A stretch of 64,000 nt of DNA from the human T2T-CHM13v2.0 reference genome, Homo sapiens. The stretch lies in assembly GCF_009914755.1 (NCBI RefSeq), contig NC_060932.1. The stretch is one strand, 5' to 3'. Position numbers and translations under genes: made by a program. Below, one piece after another: positions 39,771-54,644 of the stretch (position 1 is its first letter; every line of letters begins with the position of its first letter). The notes under the pieces are model-generated. The model had not been told where the DNA came from. It ran no database searches and saw only the letters and a program-made list of their open reading frames with translations.

Positions 39771-41972
39771 GTTTAGTACTTATTATTTACTTTGTCAGTT
39801 CAGACAAAGTAAAATAAAAATTTAAGTAACTAAAACACAATTCAGTAAATTTAAAAAGCCCTGGTACCTGTATGCATATTGTGAATAAAAATGCTAGATC
39901 GTAAACATGCTGAGGGCAATACCATTTCTAAGCTCATCCAAGTCAATCATGCTGCCTTATTTAACTTTGTAATTTTCACAGTGCTTAACTTAGTGTCTAG
40001 TACTATTTTATTTTCTGTTTTTTACATAATTCTTAGCTCAATACCCTACTATAGTGAGTATTGTACATATGGTGATAAAGAAGGAATAAATGAATGAGAA
40101 GATTAATTTGTCCTGAATGTCCAGCTATCATTGATCACATTTATACAGGTACATGGACATCACCAAAATATATTGAGTAGTGATGGTTTTTCATTTTAAA
40201 ACACCACAGATTCATTTAGGAAAGCCCCTCAATCTCATTGAAATTGAAGTTTTGCATCCCTGTAATGACCGTGGTAATCTAGAGTTTAATTCTCTGGCCC
40301 AGGGGTGGAGTGGGCAGGGTTGCACTGACCCCAAAGTCCCCTGTTTACCTGTGGGTACCTAAGGGGAGGGGTGAAAGGAGGAGGAACTACCCTCCACTTT
40401 ACTGTGTGAAGGAGCTTTTTGCTTGTCTCTGGGACCAGTAATAAAACAAAACAAAGCATCATTTTTTTATGTCTTTCTTGATGTATGAGAGAATTTTCAT
40501 TTATGAAATACACATATAAAAGAAGAAAATATGCCAGAAATTATTCTTTCTCCAGGGTATGTGTCTTTAGCAACATAGAATAGTAAATTGTGATTCTACC
40601 ATCAGTTCATATTTCCTATATTGTGAATTTTTAACATCTTTATCATTTGCCTCTTAAACTTACTTGGGTTTAGAGTATGGTTAAAAAAAAAAAAAAAATC
40701 CTAAAGCCCAGACCAAGTTTGTTATTTTTTCCCTTACTCTTCATTTAGCTGCTGAGTATTATCACATGTGATAGATCATAACTCGTCATTCATCCCCTGT
40801 GACATTAGGGGGAACCCTGTAGGGCTTACTACTGAGGTCATAACTTGCCCAAACATGTATAGGTTGTATGCCTAAACTAGTCCAGCAAAGCTCCTTGGGT
40901 GCATATAGCATAATAAAGCTTTTTCTGGAATAAGTAGTTAAGAATTATTTCAATCTTAAAATATTTTTCCCAAGGAATAGAAAAAAGACAGCACACCTTA
41001 CAGACAATTCATTATATGGTAAGAAACTACACAACATCAGTATGAGAAAGAAAAATTTCAGACCAATTGCACTCATGGATACAGAAGTTAAATTGCCAGA
41101 CAAAATACTAGCAAACTGAATCCAACTAGGATCAAATTGGATTCATCTTTAGAACACAAGAATAATTTAATGTTAGAAAACCTATAAATGTATTTCACCA
41201 TAACAATAGACAAAAATGTTAAAAAATCTGATTTTTAGATTTTTAGGTTAAAAGCCTTTGTTTAATAATCGTCTTATTTGATGCAGGAAAAAAATAATAA
41301 AATTCAACAACTAATTATAATTAAACTTTCTCAGAAACTAGGACAAGAACATATTTCTTTAAACTGAGAAAGGACCTCTACCTATAACAAACATTATTCT
41401 TAGTAGTAAGACATTAGAAATATTTCCTTTAAAATCAACAGCAAGACAAAAATGCCCACTAGTGCTGATTTTGTTTTGAGGTATTGAATGATGCAAGAAC
41501 ACAAAATAAATAATGATGGCGATTGAAAAGAAACTGTTTTCTTGTAGATGGCATGATTGTCTACATAGAAAACTGCCCTCTCCCCACAAAAACATAGCAC
41601 TTACCACTTTAGTAGAATCTAAACACATAAGTTACTAAAGAAAAATACATATGATGAAAATAAACCAGACAATTGTGGAAAAATCTTATAAGTCATTGAA
41701 CATTTTTATAGAGGAATTAATTAAGTGGATATATACTATATTCATGGATAGGAAAATTAAAAATCATGCATTATCAATTCTCTACAAATTGATCAAGGAA
41801 AATGTAATCCAGATCCATAGAGTACTTTCACAGGAATGTGACAAATTGATTCTAAAATGTATATGGAAGGGAAATGGGGGCAAAAAAGCAAGTATTGCCA
41901 AAACTCTCCTGGAGAAGCAAATGAGGTGGCACATGCCCTGCTTGCTATCAAGCCCTAGTGACCAAGGAATTA

Positions 41973-42407
<435 letters not shown>

Positions 42408-42570
42408 TTATAAAAAAAAAAACTATAAAGATAATGGAAAAGCAAGTCATGAGCTGGAGTAAGATATTTGCCATATATATAAATAAGAAAGCATTAGAAT
42501 TGCAAATAAATAAATATTTTTGACAAAAAATACTGAAAAGAAATATGCAAAAAAGACATGGATAGTCCTT

Positions 42571-42940
<370 letters not shown>

Positions 42941-43348
42941 TTAGTAATCTGAGAAATTCAAATTTAAACTACAAAGTGACACCACTTTATATCCTCCGGA
43001 TTGGCAAAAACTAAGAAGTCTGATAATACTGAGCACTGGAGGAGATTGGAAGCCATAAGATCTCCTACATACTGCCAGTAAGAGTGTGAATTGGTACACC
43101 ATGTTAGAAAATAATCTGGCTTTATCTCATGAAGTTGAACATGTGACCTAGCCAATGCATTCCTGAGGGAATATATAGCCCAGAGATACTCTTGCACTGA
43201 TGTGGTATATTCAAAGCATGGACTATTACTCAAAAGAAAAAATGAGTCATTGACAACTAAAAAGAGTTGTGGATACAGGCTCGTTGCTGAAGTTCAGGTA
43301 AGTATAATATCCTTTTTTACAGAGTTCAAAATACATAGGAAGACAGAT

Positions 43349-43350
<2 letters not shown>

Positions 43351-43402
<52 letters not shown>
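43351..43402. repeat. (GATA)13 tetranucleotide STR
   Basis: 52 bp of uninterrupted GATA, counted directly. Confidence 0.97.
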
Positions 43403-43689
43403 CACACAGGTAAATGCATTCTCAGAAGACTGCTTTGCAATGGCAATAAAATCATAAATATGAATCAGGATGGTAGTTACTTCTAATGGGGGAAAAAGTA
43501 AGAAGAGCAAAGGTAAACATATAAGAAGACTTTGTTCTATCCAGTACTTCAATGGCAAAAACAAACAACAATGATAGTAGAAGGTCTTTTATAATTCTTC
43601 TCTGTGCCTCTCTCCTTTCCTTTTTGACTGGATGTTTCAAAGCTGTTTGTCTCAAAAAAATAATAGGAGATGGAGAAAGGGAACTGTGG

Positions 43690-43880
43690 GCCAGCATTCA
43701 ACAAATGTTATCTCATTTACTCTTCACAAGAACCAGTAAGCTACATATTACTTTACTTACTGCAAAGATACAAAAACTAAAGCCAAAAACGAATAATTAT
43801 CTGCACAATGTCTTACAGCTATAAAAGCTGAGGTTTGAATTCACATCAGTATTATAAAAGTCCACTTTTGTAACAAGTGA
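43690..43880 (-). mobile_element. MIR fragment
   Basis: ttatctcatttactcttcacaagaacc...tgcaaagatacaaaaactaaagcc...aggtttgaattcac. Confidence 0.55.
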
Positions 43881-45584
43881 TATAATTATGTCATGTGATA
43901 TGTGGTTATTATCCTTTAAAACCAAAGGACATTTTTTCCCTAGAAAAAGGAAGCATTTCAGTTTGCACTTAGCAAGAAACTCAATTCTTTATGAAACATA
44001 GTATGAGGCTAAATGCTCTAAAATTTAAGTGAGGGTTATCCACATATCAGAAGAGACTGAGATACTGTCTAATATACATTTGTCCTGCACAGGTTTTGAG
44101 TGATAAAAATAAACAAAAATTACCACCAGAATTAAATTTAAAGGTTAAAAACTGGTCTCCAAATCATTGCAAACAATCCCTTTTAAGTTATAAGAAATAG
44201 GAAGATTTTTACATCTATTGTGAAAATGGATTTTAAAATAGTTCCAATGTGTATGGGCCCATAGGCCTTGTTTTTCCTTATGATATAAACTTTCATACAG
44301 AACATTTCAGTGTTCAGTCACAAGGCACCTTTATAGCAAGCTATCATATTCTTTGAAGTAAGTATAAATTTGAACAAACAGTAGATAATGATTCTACAGT
44401 TTTGGAGATGTTGTTACATTTCTCCAAAAAAGAGCATTCCTCTCATCTGCTCAGAATCATTACTCGGCTTATGAAGAGCTGTTAGTGTTCTGTAGGAATT
44501 GTTCTCACATCTGAGACGCACACAAGAGCAGGCATTTGAAACACCTCCAAGGTTCAGATAGATATTTGTCTCGAAGGCCCACCCAGCAAAATTTTAGATC
44601 CTCAAATCAAATTCTAGAAGCAGTCTTTTTTTTTTTTTGTAAGATAGAAGGGCCTTTATTCTTTATTCTGGCATAAACGTCTGAAAAAAAGGATAGTCAT
44701 GAATCCCTTGTTAGAGTTGGGTTTCTGTGAGCCATTCTCCAAGCAATCAGGTGCTCAGTTCTCATCATCTCTCAGTAATTACAGGAAATGGCAGTAATGC
44801 CTAAGGTACCTGTCAAAAGCATTGTTGTTTGCCGGGCCCTTAAGTAGTAAATGAAAGCTGATTCATTCATGGCCCTGCGATGGATCTTTGTTCCTTTCCC
44901 ATTCAGAATCTGCTCTTCCCACTTCACTCTGGATGTTTGCAGTTCATGCTGAGAGTAGCAATTCATTCTTGGCAAAGGCTCCCCTATGGCTTGGATTACA
45001 CAGCTCTTGTGTAACTGAGCTCTGCACAGGAGCATGGCAGGTTGGGGTGGGGCGGGGGAAGTGAGTCGTACTGGTTTTCAGTCTGTGCCAGTTCTCTTAA
45101 AATTGATCTGCTTACCAAGGGGCTCCAAAAACTAAAATACCTCAGTTATTTTGTCTGGACTCTGAGAAGGATGTCTCTGCATAATGAATGATATGCTCTC
45201 TTCAGTCAATTTCTGATGAATCAGAAATGGACCTCAAGTCTTGCAAACCAACAACCTCTCCCCATCCCTTCTTAGAGCAAACCAGTGTTGACTCCCAGTG
45301 AAATAAATTTTTTTTAAAAATCCAAATCTGAGGCTCATATAAATGTAAGCTATTGTATAGATGTTTGCTTTTTTATAATCTTTACTCTTCCCTTTGCTTT
45401 GGTGACAAGGGCTCAGAAATAAAGTTAAACTTTTTACATATCTTCTGTTTTATGGGAGCTTTAAGGAAAGAGAAAAACTGGAAATTTCTCCTATGCATTT
45501 GTTTCACATATATATACTCCAAAAATTTTCTAGGATTCCATGTTTAGGCAATGGATTTTTTATGGGCACTAATCTGGAATTTTG

Positions 45585-45832
45585 TAAGAATAAGATTTCG
45601 TGATCTATTGCACTGTGATAACCATAGTTAAAAATAATATATTGTATGTTTCAAAATTGCTAACGAATAGATTTTTAATATTCTCACTGCAAAAACAATG
45701 AGAAATTGGTGAGGTGATAGATATGTCAATTAGGTTTACTGAATCTTTCTATAATGTATGCATAGATAAAAATATCACTTTGCATCCCCCATAAATATAC
45801 ATAATTATTATTTATCAATTAAAAATAAATAA
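45585..45832 (+). mobile_element. L1MA-type 3' end
   Basis: gatctattgcac...aataatatattgtatgtttcaaaattgctaa...gtgaggtgatagatatgt...ccccataaatatacataattattatttatcaattaaaaataaa. Confidence 0.88.
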
Positions 45833-46369
45833 TTTTTTAAATGTATGATAGCATCGAAAACTACAGATTTCATTTTTTGGCCTGTGTAATCAAATGAATA
45901 GAATAAACAAATGATTAAGTGTAACGAATGTAAATGCTCTGAAAATGGGCAATTATATTCCACAAGGGAAAGGAAGCAAGTCAGTCTTTTTTGGACACTA
46001 AACATCTTATATAAATGCTGCAACGCCAATGAAAGTGAACATAAATATTTAATTTTCTTGAAATATAAAACAAATTTCAAAATGTTTAAAAGGATATAGC
46101 ATTGTCTGTTCTAGCACCAACTAGGCTTCATGACTAAAGCCCACAGCTCCTGAGCCTGTAGTCATCAAGCCTGGCTCTAGAGGAAGTGGGGCAGGTCCCA
46201 GTGTGACTGAAATGGACTCCATAGACTCTCAAAGCTCTCCCACTGGGGCCTTCCCACTGAACTGCACACATTTTTGCTCTCAAACCCAGCCAGTTTGGTT
46301 TGAACTCCGACCACCTTCTAGGTCTTACTGTCTCCTTTTTCCCCAGAAGCTGAGCCCTCCATTCTCTTC

Positions 46370-46562
46370 CCCCGGTATCTGGTTCTAGCATTACCACTTA
46401 CTGAGTAGGTGATCTTGAAATAGTTAATCTCCATTTTAATCTTTAATCATAATCTTTTAAATGAGGACATTAATATATAGGATTGTTATAAGGATTAAAT
46501 CTAAAGTACTTAATACAGTGACTTGCATATAGCAGGCTCCACGTTCGTGGTAGATACTATGC
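46370..46562 (+). mobile_element. MIR SINE
   Basis: ccacttactgagtaggtgatcttgaaatagttaatctcc...ataggattgttataaggattaaat...aaagtacttaatacagtg. Confidence 0.7.
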
Positions 46563-47797
46563 TAATGGTTCAATGTGGCCAGACCTTTCCTTACCTGCAA
46601 TCCATGTCCAATGATTATCTCTTTCAAGAGATACTTATTGTTCCTCCCATCTCCTCATTGGCTTATATGTTTTGAGAATCATTGCCAGCCAAGATTTGAT
46701 TTGAGTGGCCTTGGAACACTAGAATTTGCAAGGCTGGCCGGCCAATGTGGAGCCCAGCCCTGCTGGTTGGAGTAGTCCTTCTGGAAGAGTCTTCTAGGTT
46801 TTTTCTTACTTTTATTGCCTGTCAACCTATGGATAAAACAATACAAAAATTATATAAGATAAGCCGACAATGTGTTTTATGAACCTGGGACACAGATGAA
46901 TTATGTCAACCTAATCTCTAAAGAGGTGTGGTAAAATAGAAAAGGATAAAGCAACAATAATGACAGTCTTTGTCGCTAAGAAAGTCAATGAGACTGTCTC
47001 ATTTTATGCTGTAAGGTCCCCACAGGCTTCATTTGCTCTCCTGAGCAGCCCCTCCCTTGAGAGCAGGGTGTGGCGGTTTCCTGGCCCACACACTGAAGGC
47101 CCTGGTTTGCACCCTGATGTTTCTGATGGTCAAAGCCAAGGTGATCATCACCTTAGGGCTCAGATGTCCTTGGGGGAACTTTGTGGTGCTCAGACTACAC
47201 GTTGGTGACCCTCTTTGCATTGGCACTATCGTTCTTTGGCTGAGCTCAGGAAGTTCCCTCTCCCACCCCCATCGCTCTCTTCAGCAACCTCCCCAGTGCA
47301 GTGATGGGGAGGGAGACACAAGCTCTTCCAGGGTGCTCTAGTGCCACAGTGCCTCACTGGACTCGCTCGCTGTCTTACAGCCCCTTCTCCAGAGGGTCTC
47401 ACCGGACAAGCTTTCCTCTGTCAGCTGGGATTTGGGTGACACCAATGGTTGGACACTGGCCCACTCCAGCCACCAACCCCAGCTGTCAGTTCATGAGGAA
47501 AGAGGAGGGTGAATCCACCTGTCTCACCAGAGGTAGGACTAGACACAGAGTAGATTCTCTACTCTATATTTGTTGAATTGGAATGAGTGAATTCTTCCTT
47601 ACAACTAATCTGTCCCAGGAGACTGAGTCCATGGGCCCTGCATATTTCCTGTCCCAGAGAGTGCCCCCTGCCCACTTAGTAACCCTGAGATGTGGGTGCA
47701 TCCTCTTCTCCACCTTCCCGTCCTTGCTTAAGACTTTTGTCCTGGTACTGTTAGTTGTAGCATGTGTAGTCTCTGTCTTCTCAGATGTTTTCTTAGA

Positions 47798-48025
47798 TCA
47801 TGTTTTTCAAACTCATTTAAACCATGACCCAGGGAAACAAAAATTTAATGAAATACTCACCTTTCCTGTGGGCGATGTTCTCTAATATTTCCGCATTCTG
47901 CTCTGCTCTACTTTTCTAGTCTATTTTATTCTGTCCTATTGCACTTTTAAAACACTGGCCACAGCTCACTGAATTGATTTTTAAACTCCTGAATAGGTCA
48001 CTGTTCACAGTTTTAAAAAAATACT
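47798..48025. mobile_element. hAT-Charlie-type MITE
   Basis: TIR-like ends catgtttttcaaact / cagttttaaaaaaatact; internal cactgaattgattttt. Confidence 0.55.
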
Positions 48026-48059
48026 ATATGAAGACCATATTCCAATAAAGCCACTGACA

Positions 48060-48342
48060 TTCAGCCATGACATGCCACAGTCTCCTTAGTGAGGAAGCTT
48101 TTGTCCACCTCACAGTCTTCTCAGTTACTGAATCTAAAGTAGATCATTACTATGATTCTTTGTTAATTCCCTTCATAACATTAACAGCAATCCACACGTA
48201 TTTTATTCATTTGTCTATGTCCTTATTTCTGCCTCTTCAAAATGAAAGATCCATAAAGGTAGAACTTTGTCTTATTCACGATTGTGTTCCCAGCACAAAT
48301 TCTCTGGTACATCCATGTTGAATGATGGAATGAGTGAATGAA
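48060..48342 (+). mobile_element. L2 LINE 3' end
   Basis: aatgaaagatccataaaggtagaactttgtcttattcacgattgtgttcccagcac...gttgaatgatggaatgagtgaatgaa. Confidence 0.75.
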
Positions 48343-48419
48343 ACCCTTACTACACATGTATATACAAGGAAGTTTGGTTCTCTGAGGACATTTTGATTCT
48401 CTGTCAATTTTGTGTAAAT

Positions 48420-48782
48420 GATTATAGCTAATATATTTAAAGGAGGGGATTTTTTTTTTAAAGAATATAAGGTCATTCACACCACAGAAAGGGCAGGAGT
48501 CAGGCAGCTTCCAGAGTCAAAGTGGTAGATGTAGGGGACTATGTCATTAGGGCAACATCATGAGGTTGAGTTGGCTCCAGTCACTGTTCAGATTCCCAGA
48601 AAAGAGCATCTGACTGGCTGCTCTTTATCTCATGGCCCTCTCTTGTCCAGGAGAGGAAAGAGCACCTGACTGAGGTCAAGACTGCAAGCATGAGGAGGCA
48701 AAGTTAGGTCCTCAAAGAAAAACCCTGATGCTATCAGCACAGGTAAGGCTGCACAGGCAGAACCAATGGGTGTCAACTACGC
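48420..48782 (-). mobile_element. Old MaLR LTR (MLT1-type) fragment
   Basis: cagattcccagaaaagagcatctgactggc...ctcaaagaaaaaccctgatgctatcagc...gggtgtcaactac. Confidence 0.5.
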
Positions 48783-48949
48783 ATGTCTTTATGTCTGTCA
48801 TTCTTGCAACAGTTAAATTATAGCCCGGGTCTGATGTTCGCATAACTGACATAAGATTTCTTAGTCTTCTAACCCTTCCCTTCTCCAGATCTATAGATGC
48901 CTCCCATGGAAGACCTCTCTAGTACTCTGGTTTTGTATTAGAATTATTC

Positions 48950-49470
48950 TGAATCTATTTATCCAAAAATTAGTTAATATCCTGTTTTGTGTTCAGTAAT
49001 ATATGGGACACTGTGGAAACTTACAAGATAAAAATGTGACTTCGTACCCTACTCCAGTTTACAGTCCACATGGAGTTCAGACATTTGACACTTTAAGAAA
49101 GTGATATAAAATAGGATTGTATCAAAATTTGTAAAGTAAATAATTGCATTTCTTTCATTCTGCATTTCTAGAAAGTAGCTAAAATTTTTCCAATGCATTT
49201 CTAGAAAGTAGTTGAAATTCCTCTAAATGTTTGGAGTAGTTATAATGAAAAATATGATTGCTCACCTTCACTGTAAACATCCTTAAACAACTGCTTGAGT
49301 TGTTAGTTGATTGAATATAGGGATAAAAGAAATAAAAATGTTTAGAGTGAAGGCTAGATTTTTGTCATGGGTACTTAAGCAGAAAGATATTGTTACCTTT
49401 CGCCGGAGGGCAACAGATTTTTGGGGCTGAAGAGAGATAGTTGGGTTTTGGACATGGTAGGATTAAGCTG
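48950..49470 (-). mobile_element. L2 fragments
   Basis: gttgattgaatatagggataaaaga...tagatttttgtcatgggtact...ttgggttttggacatggtag resembles the antisense L2 body. Confidence 0.55.
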
Positions 49471-52234
49471 AGTGATTCTTCACCAAACTTCTCTTTATTC
49501 TTTCTGCTAGTGAGCAGAAAGAATAGACCTAGTAGAAAGAATAGACTTGCTCACAAGCAGAAAAGAAAAGGAATCAGAGGAGAGAAAGACAGCTCTAAAA
49601 TAAATTACTGCATTTGCAGAAAAATATTTAAACCTATTTGTCTTACATTTAGTGAGATGGAAAGAACATTGCATAACTAAATGTGCATAAATATATACAT
49701 CTGCTTTTTCTACATTTTCTTTTTCCCTCCTCTCTCCCTTTTCATTTTTGCCTCCTTCCTCTAAGAATTATATTCTTTTATTCTGTCAGGTACTGATTAT
49801 CCTATTTCTTTTTATTTCACACTGGTTCTCATTTTCCCTGAGATATTAAATTTCTACCTTTTAAAATTAGTTCCAATTAATCGAGTCCAGTTTAGCAAAT
49901 CTTAGAATTAAGAATATGGATAATTGTCAAACAATATAGATAATTGCGGTTGTGTCTTGAAAGGAAGTTTACCTTTCATTGAAGCAATTTTAGAATTTGC
50001 AAACGGATATATTAAGATAGAAAATTAAATGATGTTTGGCTCTTGTGTAGTCTACAGAACAGACTCAATGATTTTGTCATAAGACTTAGTTCACTCTCAA
50101 CTTTGTCACTTACTTTTAATTATTCTTGACTCTCCACAATTGACTGAAGCTATAAACTCCTTTAAAAATAGAACTTCCAAAAGTGTGCTGTATGGAACTT
50201 TAATTTCATGAGAATTTGATGTTCAATATTTCGGGATAAAAAAGAATGGCCTAATGAAGTACCGGGTTAAACAAATTTGGCAAATTTCATTTCTCAAGTG
50301 TGTTGAGGGTTACTGAGAGATGTGTTATGTAGAACTTCCTAAACTCATTTAACTTTACATTCTTTTTTCCTACAAAGAATCCTAAATGTTTATTATCCCA
50401 TGGTAAACATTTTGGAAAATGCTAGATTATATTATCTAAATGTTGCTTTATGGCATTTCTTGTTCTATAGAAACATTGGTTTCAAATAATGGCATTTACT
50501 GTGCGTGATTTCAGAAGCACTAAAGGGGTTAAAAGACGTTAAGAATAAGAATTAGGTGTTTTCTGTTACTAATTAATGAACGATACATATGTTGATTTGG
50601 GTATATGGCATTGTGAATTAAGTAAAACAATTTTAAAGCTTATTAGTACATTATAAATACTTAGAATAAAACATAATATAAAACTTACATTCCCTGTGCT
50701 TTCCTTAAGCTGTTCAAGTAAATACCTGTGTCTCACTTCGTATTTATGCAACATAACGTCACACAGTATGACTATGCATAATCCCGATTTTACAAACTTG
50801 AGTGACTCTTTTACTGCTTCATGTGGCTATTTTTAATTTTGGTAGGATATAATGTTTCAATTCACAATGTACATTTTTAAAAGATGATGACTAACTCTAC
50901 AAGATAAACAGTTACTTACAGATAAATATATGCATTGTATGGCACAATTGTAATATTTAGAAATTACGCTTTAGGTGGGATAGATTATATAAAGAGTTAA
51001 CATGGTGTTCTTTGCCTATTAGCCATTTTGCATTGCCCACAGTCTAAATGGGCTATATAATAGAATCATTGCTATCATTGACCCCATCATGGTGCTCAGC
51101 GACCAATGGTCCTATTAATGACATTCCATGCCTGGAAATATCTATGGAACCATTCTCCTCCTATGGAGACAGATGGTGGGTTTAACAGTGACCCACAAGG
51201 CCAGCCTAGTCGTCTGTTTTCATTTTAGTCATAATTCATCCAGAGCCAGATGCAGAACTATGCATGAAACCATCACATTCTTAGTGAATGCCCACATGAA
51301 CGTATGCACATCAAGTTTGTTTGAATGCAATGAGTGGTTGTTTTGAATAAGATGACATTGCCCTGCATGGTGCTGACGATTGTTTCCTAGAGAATTTTAG
51401 AGACAGGCGCCAACCAGTGAGTGAAACTAGATACTCCACATAAAATGTACTATTATAATGTCTCAAGTGTTTTAGTTTGTTTGCTTTTGTTGAGTAGGAA
51501 AGTTTGTTTTGTTCTGTAAGAAGTGAAGAGTATAGGAGGCATTTGGTGACCAGATTTGGCCAGGATCATGAAGGCCAAAGTTTTAGGACCCTTGCCTCTG
51601 TCTGGCCCAGACAACACCGTCCCTGACCAGGGTGCCCACTTTGCATCCACAGCGACTGTGGTCCACATGAATGCCTGGGCCAAAATGATCAATGAGTCAG
51701 CATTTAAAAAGAAAAAATCCTTCAAAATGTGACCAAGAACCTCAAAGTCCATACTCTGATGAGCTAAGTCAATCATATCTTTAAATACAAAGATTAACAA
51801 AACAGAATTTATTTGAAGATTCATGAAAGGAAACAGGAAATGCCGGAAATGTGGTTTAATGAACTTCAAAATAAAAGCAAGAGTATAAATCTTTTCTCAG
51901 GTCTATAAGAATTGTGTGCATTAATTCATGGAGGAAAGAAAATGCACTCTCAGTAGGTGATTGAACATATAAATTAGGCTGAAGGAGAAACTTTGCTATG
52001 CGTGAAGTTAAAGGCATGGTAAAAGAGGTCTTTCACACTGCCTGTGACCTATGACATGATTGCTGACTCAGAGAACAAAGCATTTTTACACTCAATGTCC
52101 AGGAGAATGGTGGTGGGGCTGGAGGTAGGGACAAGACGTATCCATCCTGTTAAGTGAAAAAATCTATCTTCCCAACCCATTTTTTAGAAATCCCTCCGAG
52201 ATTCCTCCTTCCTCCTTAGAACTCCTGAGGTCCA

Positions 52235-52850
52235 ACAAGCCATCCAGTGTGACCTGTCCTACTTTCAAACACCTCCCAACTCTACCTTTCCTCCTCATCC
52301 CCACTGTCACTAAACTAGTTCATGCCTTCATTGTTCTTGCCCAGACTGCTGAAATCACCTTCTAACAGATCTTACCCTCCCACCTTCCTTTAATACCTCT
52401 TGTTTGAAGAATCTTACCACTGACAGCAGAGTATCTTCCTCAAACACGAGTCTTATCCCATTATCCTGTTACCCAGGAGCCTTTACCAGCTATCCATCAC
52501 TGTTGAGATGAAAGTCAGGAGCCTGAGCAAAATATGCGAGGACCTTGATCAGCTTGCCCTTCCTATCTGGCTGCTTCCCAAAAGGCACCCACAACCTGGC
52601 TCACTCTTACTTACCTGTGTACTCCCAGGCATGCTCTCATTCAAGAAGTCCTCTGGAATACTGCAACACCACCCCCACCCCCTTGTGTGTGGTGGCAACC
52701 CCCACCTTCTGCCAGTGCACCCTGAGCACAGAGTCCTCGTGGCGTTTAGCACATGCCATTGTGGCTGTTGGTTTTCTCATCTGCGTTGTTCCCTACCCTA
52801 TGAGCAACTCTGCCATTTGGCAGGCCTCAACTAATTATAGATGTTATTAT
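52235..52850 (+). mobile_element. L2 LINE fragment
   Basis: ctcatccccactgtcactaaactagttcatgccttcattgttcttgcccagactgctgaaatcaccttctaacagatct is the typical sense L2 body. Confidence 0.7.
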
Positions 52851-53514
52851 CATAGCTGAAAGATGTGATGATCCCACTACATTGTGCACAAAGACTCAAA
52901 AAGACTTGAAAATCTTTACTTAGTCAACAGATACAATTTCCAGATCATGGTTTCATTCTATAAAGAACCACTGAGGGACCAAGGCAGGCCCAAGACTGAG
53001 GGTGGTACCAACACTTGCTCACTACCCTCCCAATGACGTTGCTTGGTAAGAGTTGCCATTACTTTCTCAGATGAGGAGGAGGAGGTGCTCATCCAGCCTG
53101 AGGTTGAATCAATGCACCAACCAGTTGTGTCTGAGTCCAAGCCCAGGCGCTCTCCACTTCCATTCAAAGATAATCACTGTCTCTTCCTTAAAATGTGGCA
53201 GTAAAATTAATTGCTTGAACTAATAAGACTTGAAAGGGCCCTGGCTGAGCTGCCTGACTCATGGTTACATTGGGACAGTTGGGTGACACTTCTGCAGAGA
53301 CAGCCTGAGACCAGGTGGAGACAGATAGAGGAAAGGGGTGCAAGTGCTGAGAGCACAGATCCGCCACAGCCACCCCTGTGTGAGTGGGACATTCAATGCA
53401 GCCCAGGGACTGCTCCCTGCTGTGCATGGGCATGACCAAGAATGTGCAGCTCAGGCTGTTCTATGAATCCATGGCTTTTGTTGGTTCTCTGTATGCCACA
53501 TAATATCATTACCG

Positions 53515-53824
53515 TTTTTTGTTTTTTGTGTTTTTTTGAGATAGAGTCTTGCTATGTCATCCAGGACGGAGGGCAGTGGTGTGATCTTGGCTCACTGCAG
53601 CCTCTGCCTCCTGGGCTCCAGCAATTCTCCTGCCTCAGCCTCCAGAGAAGCTGGGATTACGGACACGCACCACCATGCCCAGCTAATTTTTGTATTTTTA
53701 GTAGAGACGGGGTTTCATCATGTTGGCCAGGCTGGTCTCAAACTCCTGACCTCAGTCCAGGTGATCCACCCACCTTGGCCTCACAAAGTGCTGGGATTAC
53801 AAGCGTGAGCCAGTGCACCCGGCC
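53515..53824 (-). mobile_element. Alu (AluS-type) with TSD
   Basis: Full dimer. TSD atatcattaccg / atgtcattactg. Confidence 0.96.
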
Positions 53825-54429
53825 ATGTCATTACTGTTTTTAGCAGAGCTGCCACGTGGGAACTGAGACCATCACAATAGAGACAGAGGCATGCATAGCT
53901 TTGAATATGGCATATTTCACGATGCAGTCCTTAAGTACGATTTGCTAAACATATATCAAAAAGAACCACTTAATAAAAAATAACTACTGTTCATCTAAAG
54001 AGGATGAATCTACAAGAAATCATTTTTAAGGAAAGTCAGATTTTAACTTAGAATCCTTGAAGAATGTCTTTTATTTATTATGTATTATTTATTTGACTTA
54101 TTACAAGTTCTCATTCTCAGAAGCCTTAGGCACGTATGTGAAATATAAATGGAATAATTAAATCCAATAGCTAAAATCCCCACAAAGAAAAAAAAAATCA
54201 ATGTAATGTTACTATTTGCAATTTAATTGAAGAAATCACTTAAAACATGTAGCAATTTAAGGAATTTAATAAGACCTTCACCCGCTTCTACAAAATGAGG
54301 AGGCAATCTACTGCTGGCCTCCTTCTGTTCTTCTTTATGTAGTAGCGCCATGTCTATATTCTTCATAGCTCACCACAGTTGTAATTACTTTGTTTTCCTT
54401 TTGCATGGTTCATTAAATATGTGTTGAAA

Positions 54430-54475
54430 TGTATGTATATGTGTGTATGTACACACACACACACACACACACACA
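54430..54475. repeat. (TG)n(CA)n microsatellite
   Basis: gtatgtatatgtgtgtatgtacacacacacacacacacacacaca. Confidence 0.9.
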
Positions 54476-54601
54476 TTCTCTCTTCTATTTCTATCTCTAA
54501 AATATGATTCTGGATTAGGGAATTTATTAAAAGAAAAGCCTCTGAAAAACTCTGATCACGGGGTTCCCTTCCATTCAACTGATGTTTTTCTAAAGAACTT
54601 G

Positions 54602-54644
54602 AAAAACAAACAAACAAAACAAAACAAAACAACAACAACAAAAA
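54602..54644. repeat. A-rich (AAAC/AAAAC/AAC)n tract
   Basis: aaaaacaaacaaacaaaacaaaacaaaacaacaacaacaaaaa. Confidence 0.85.
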
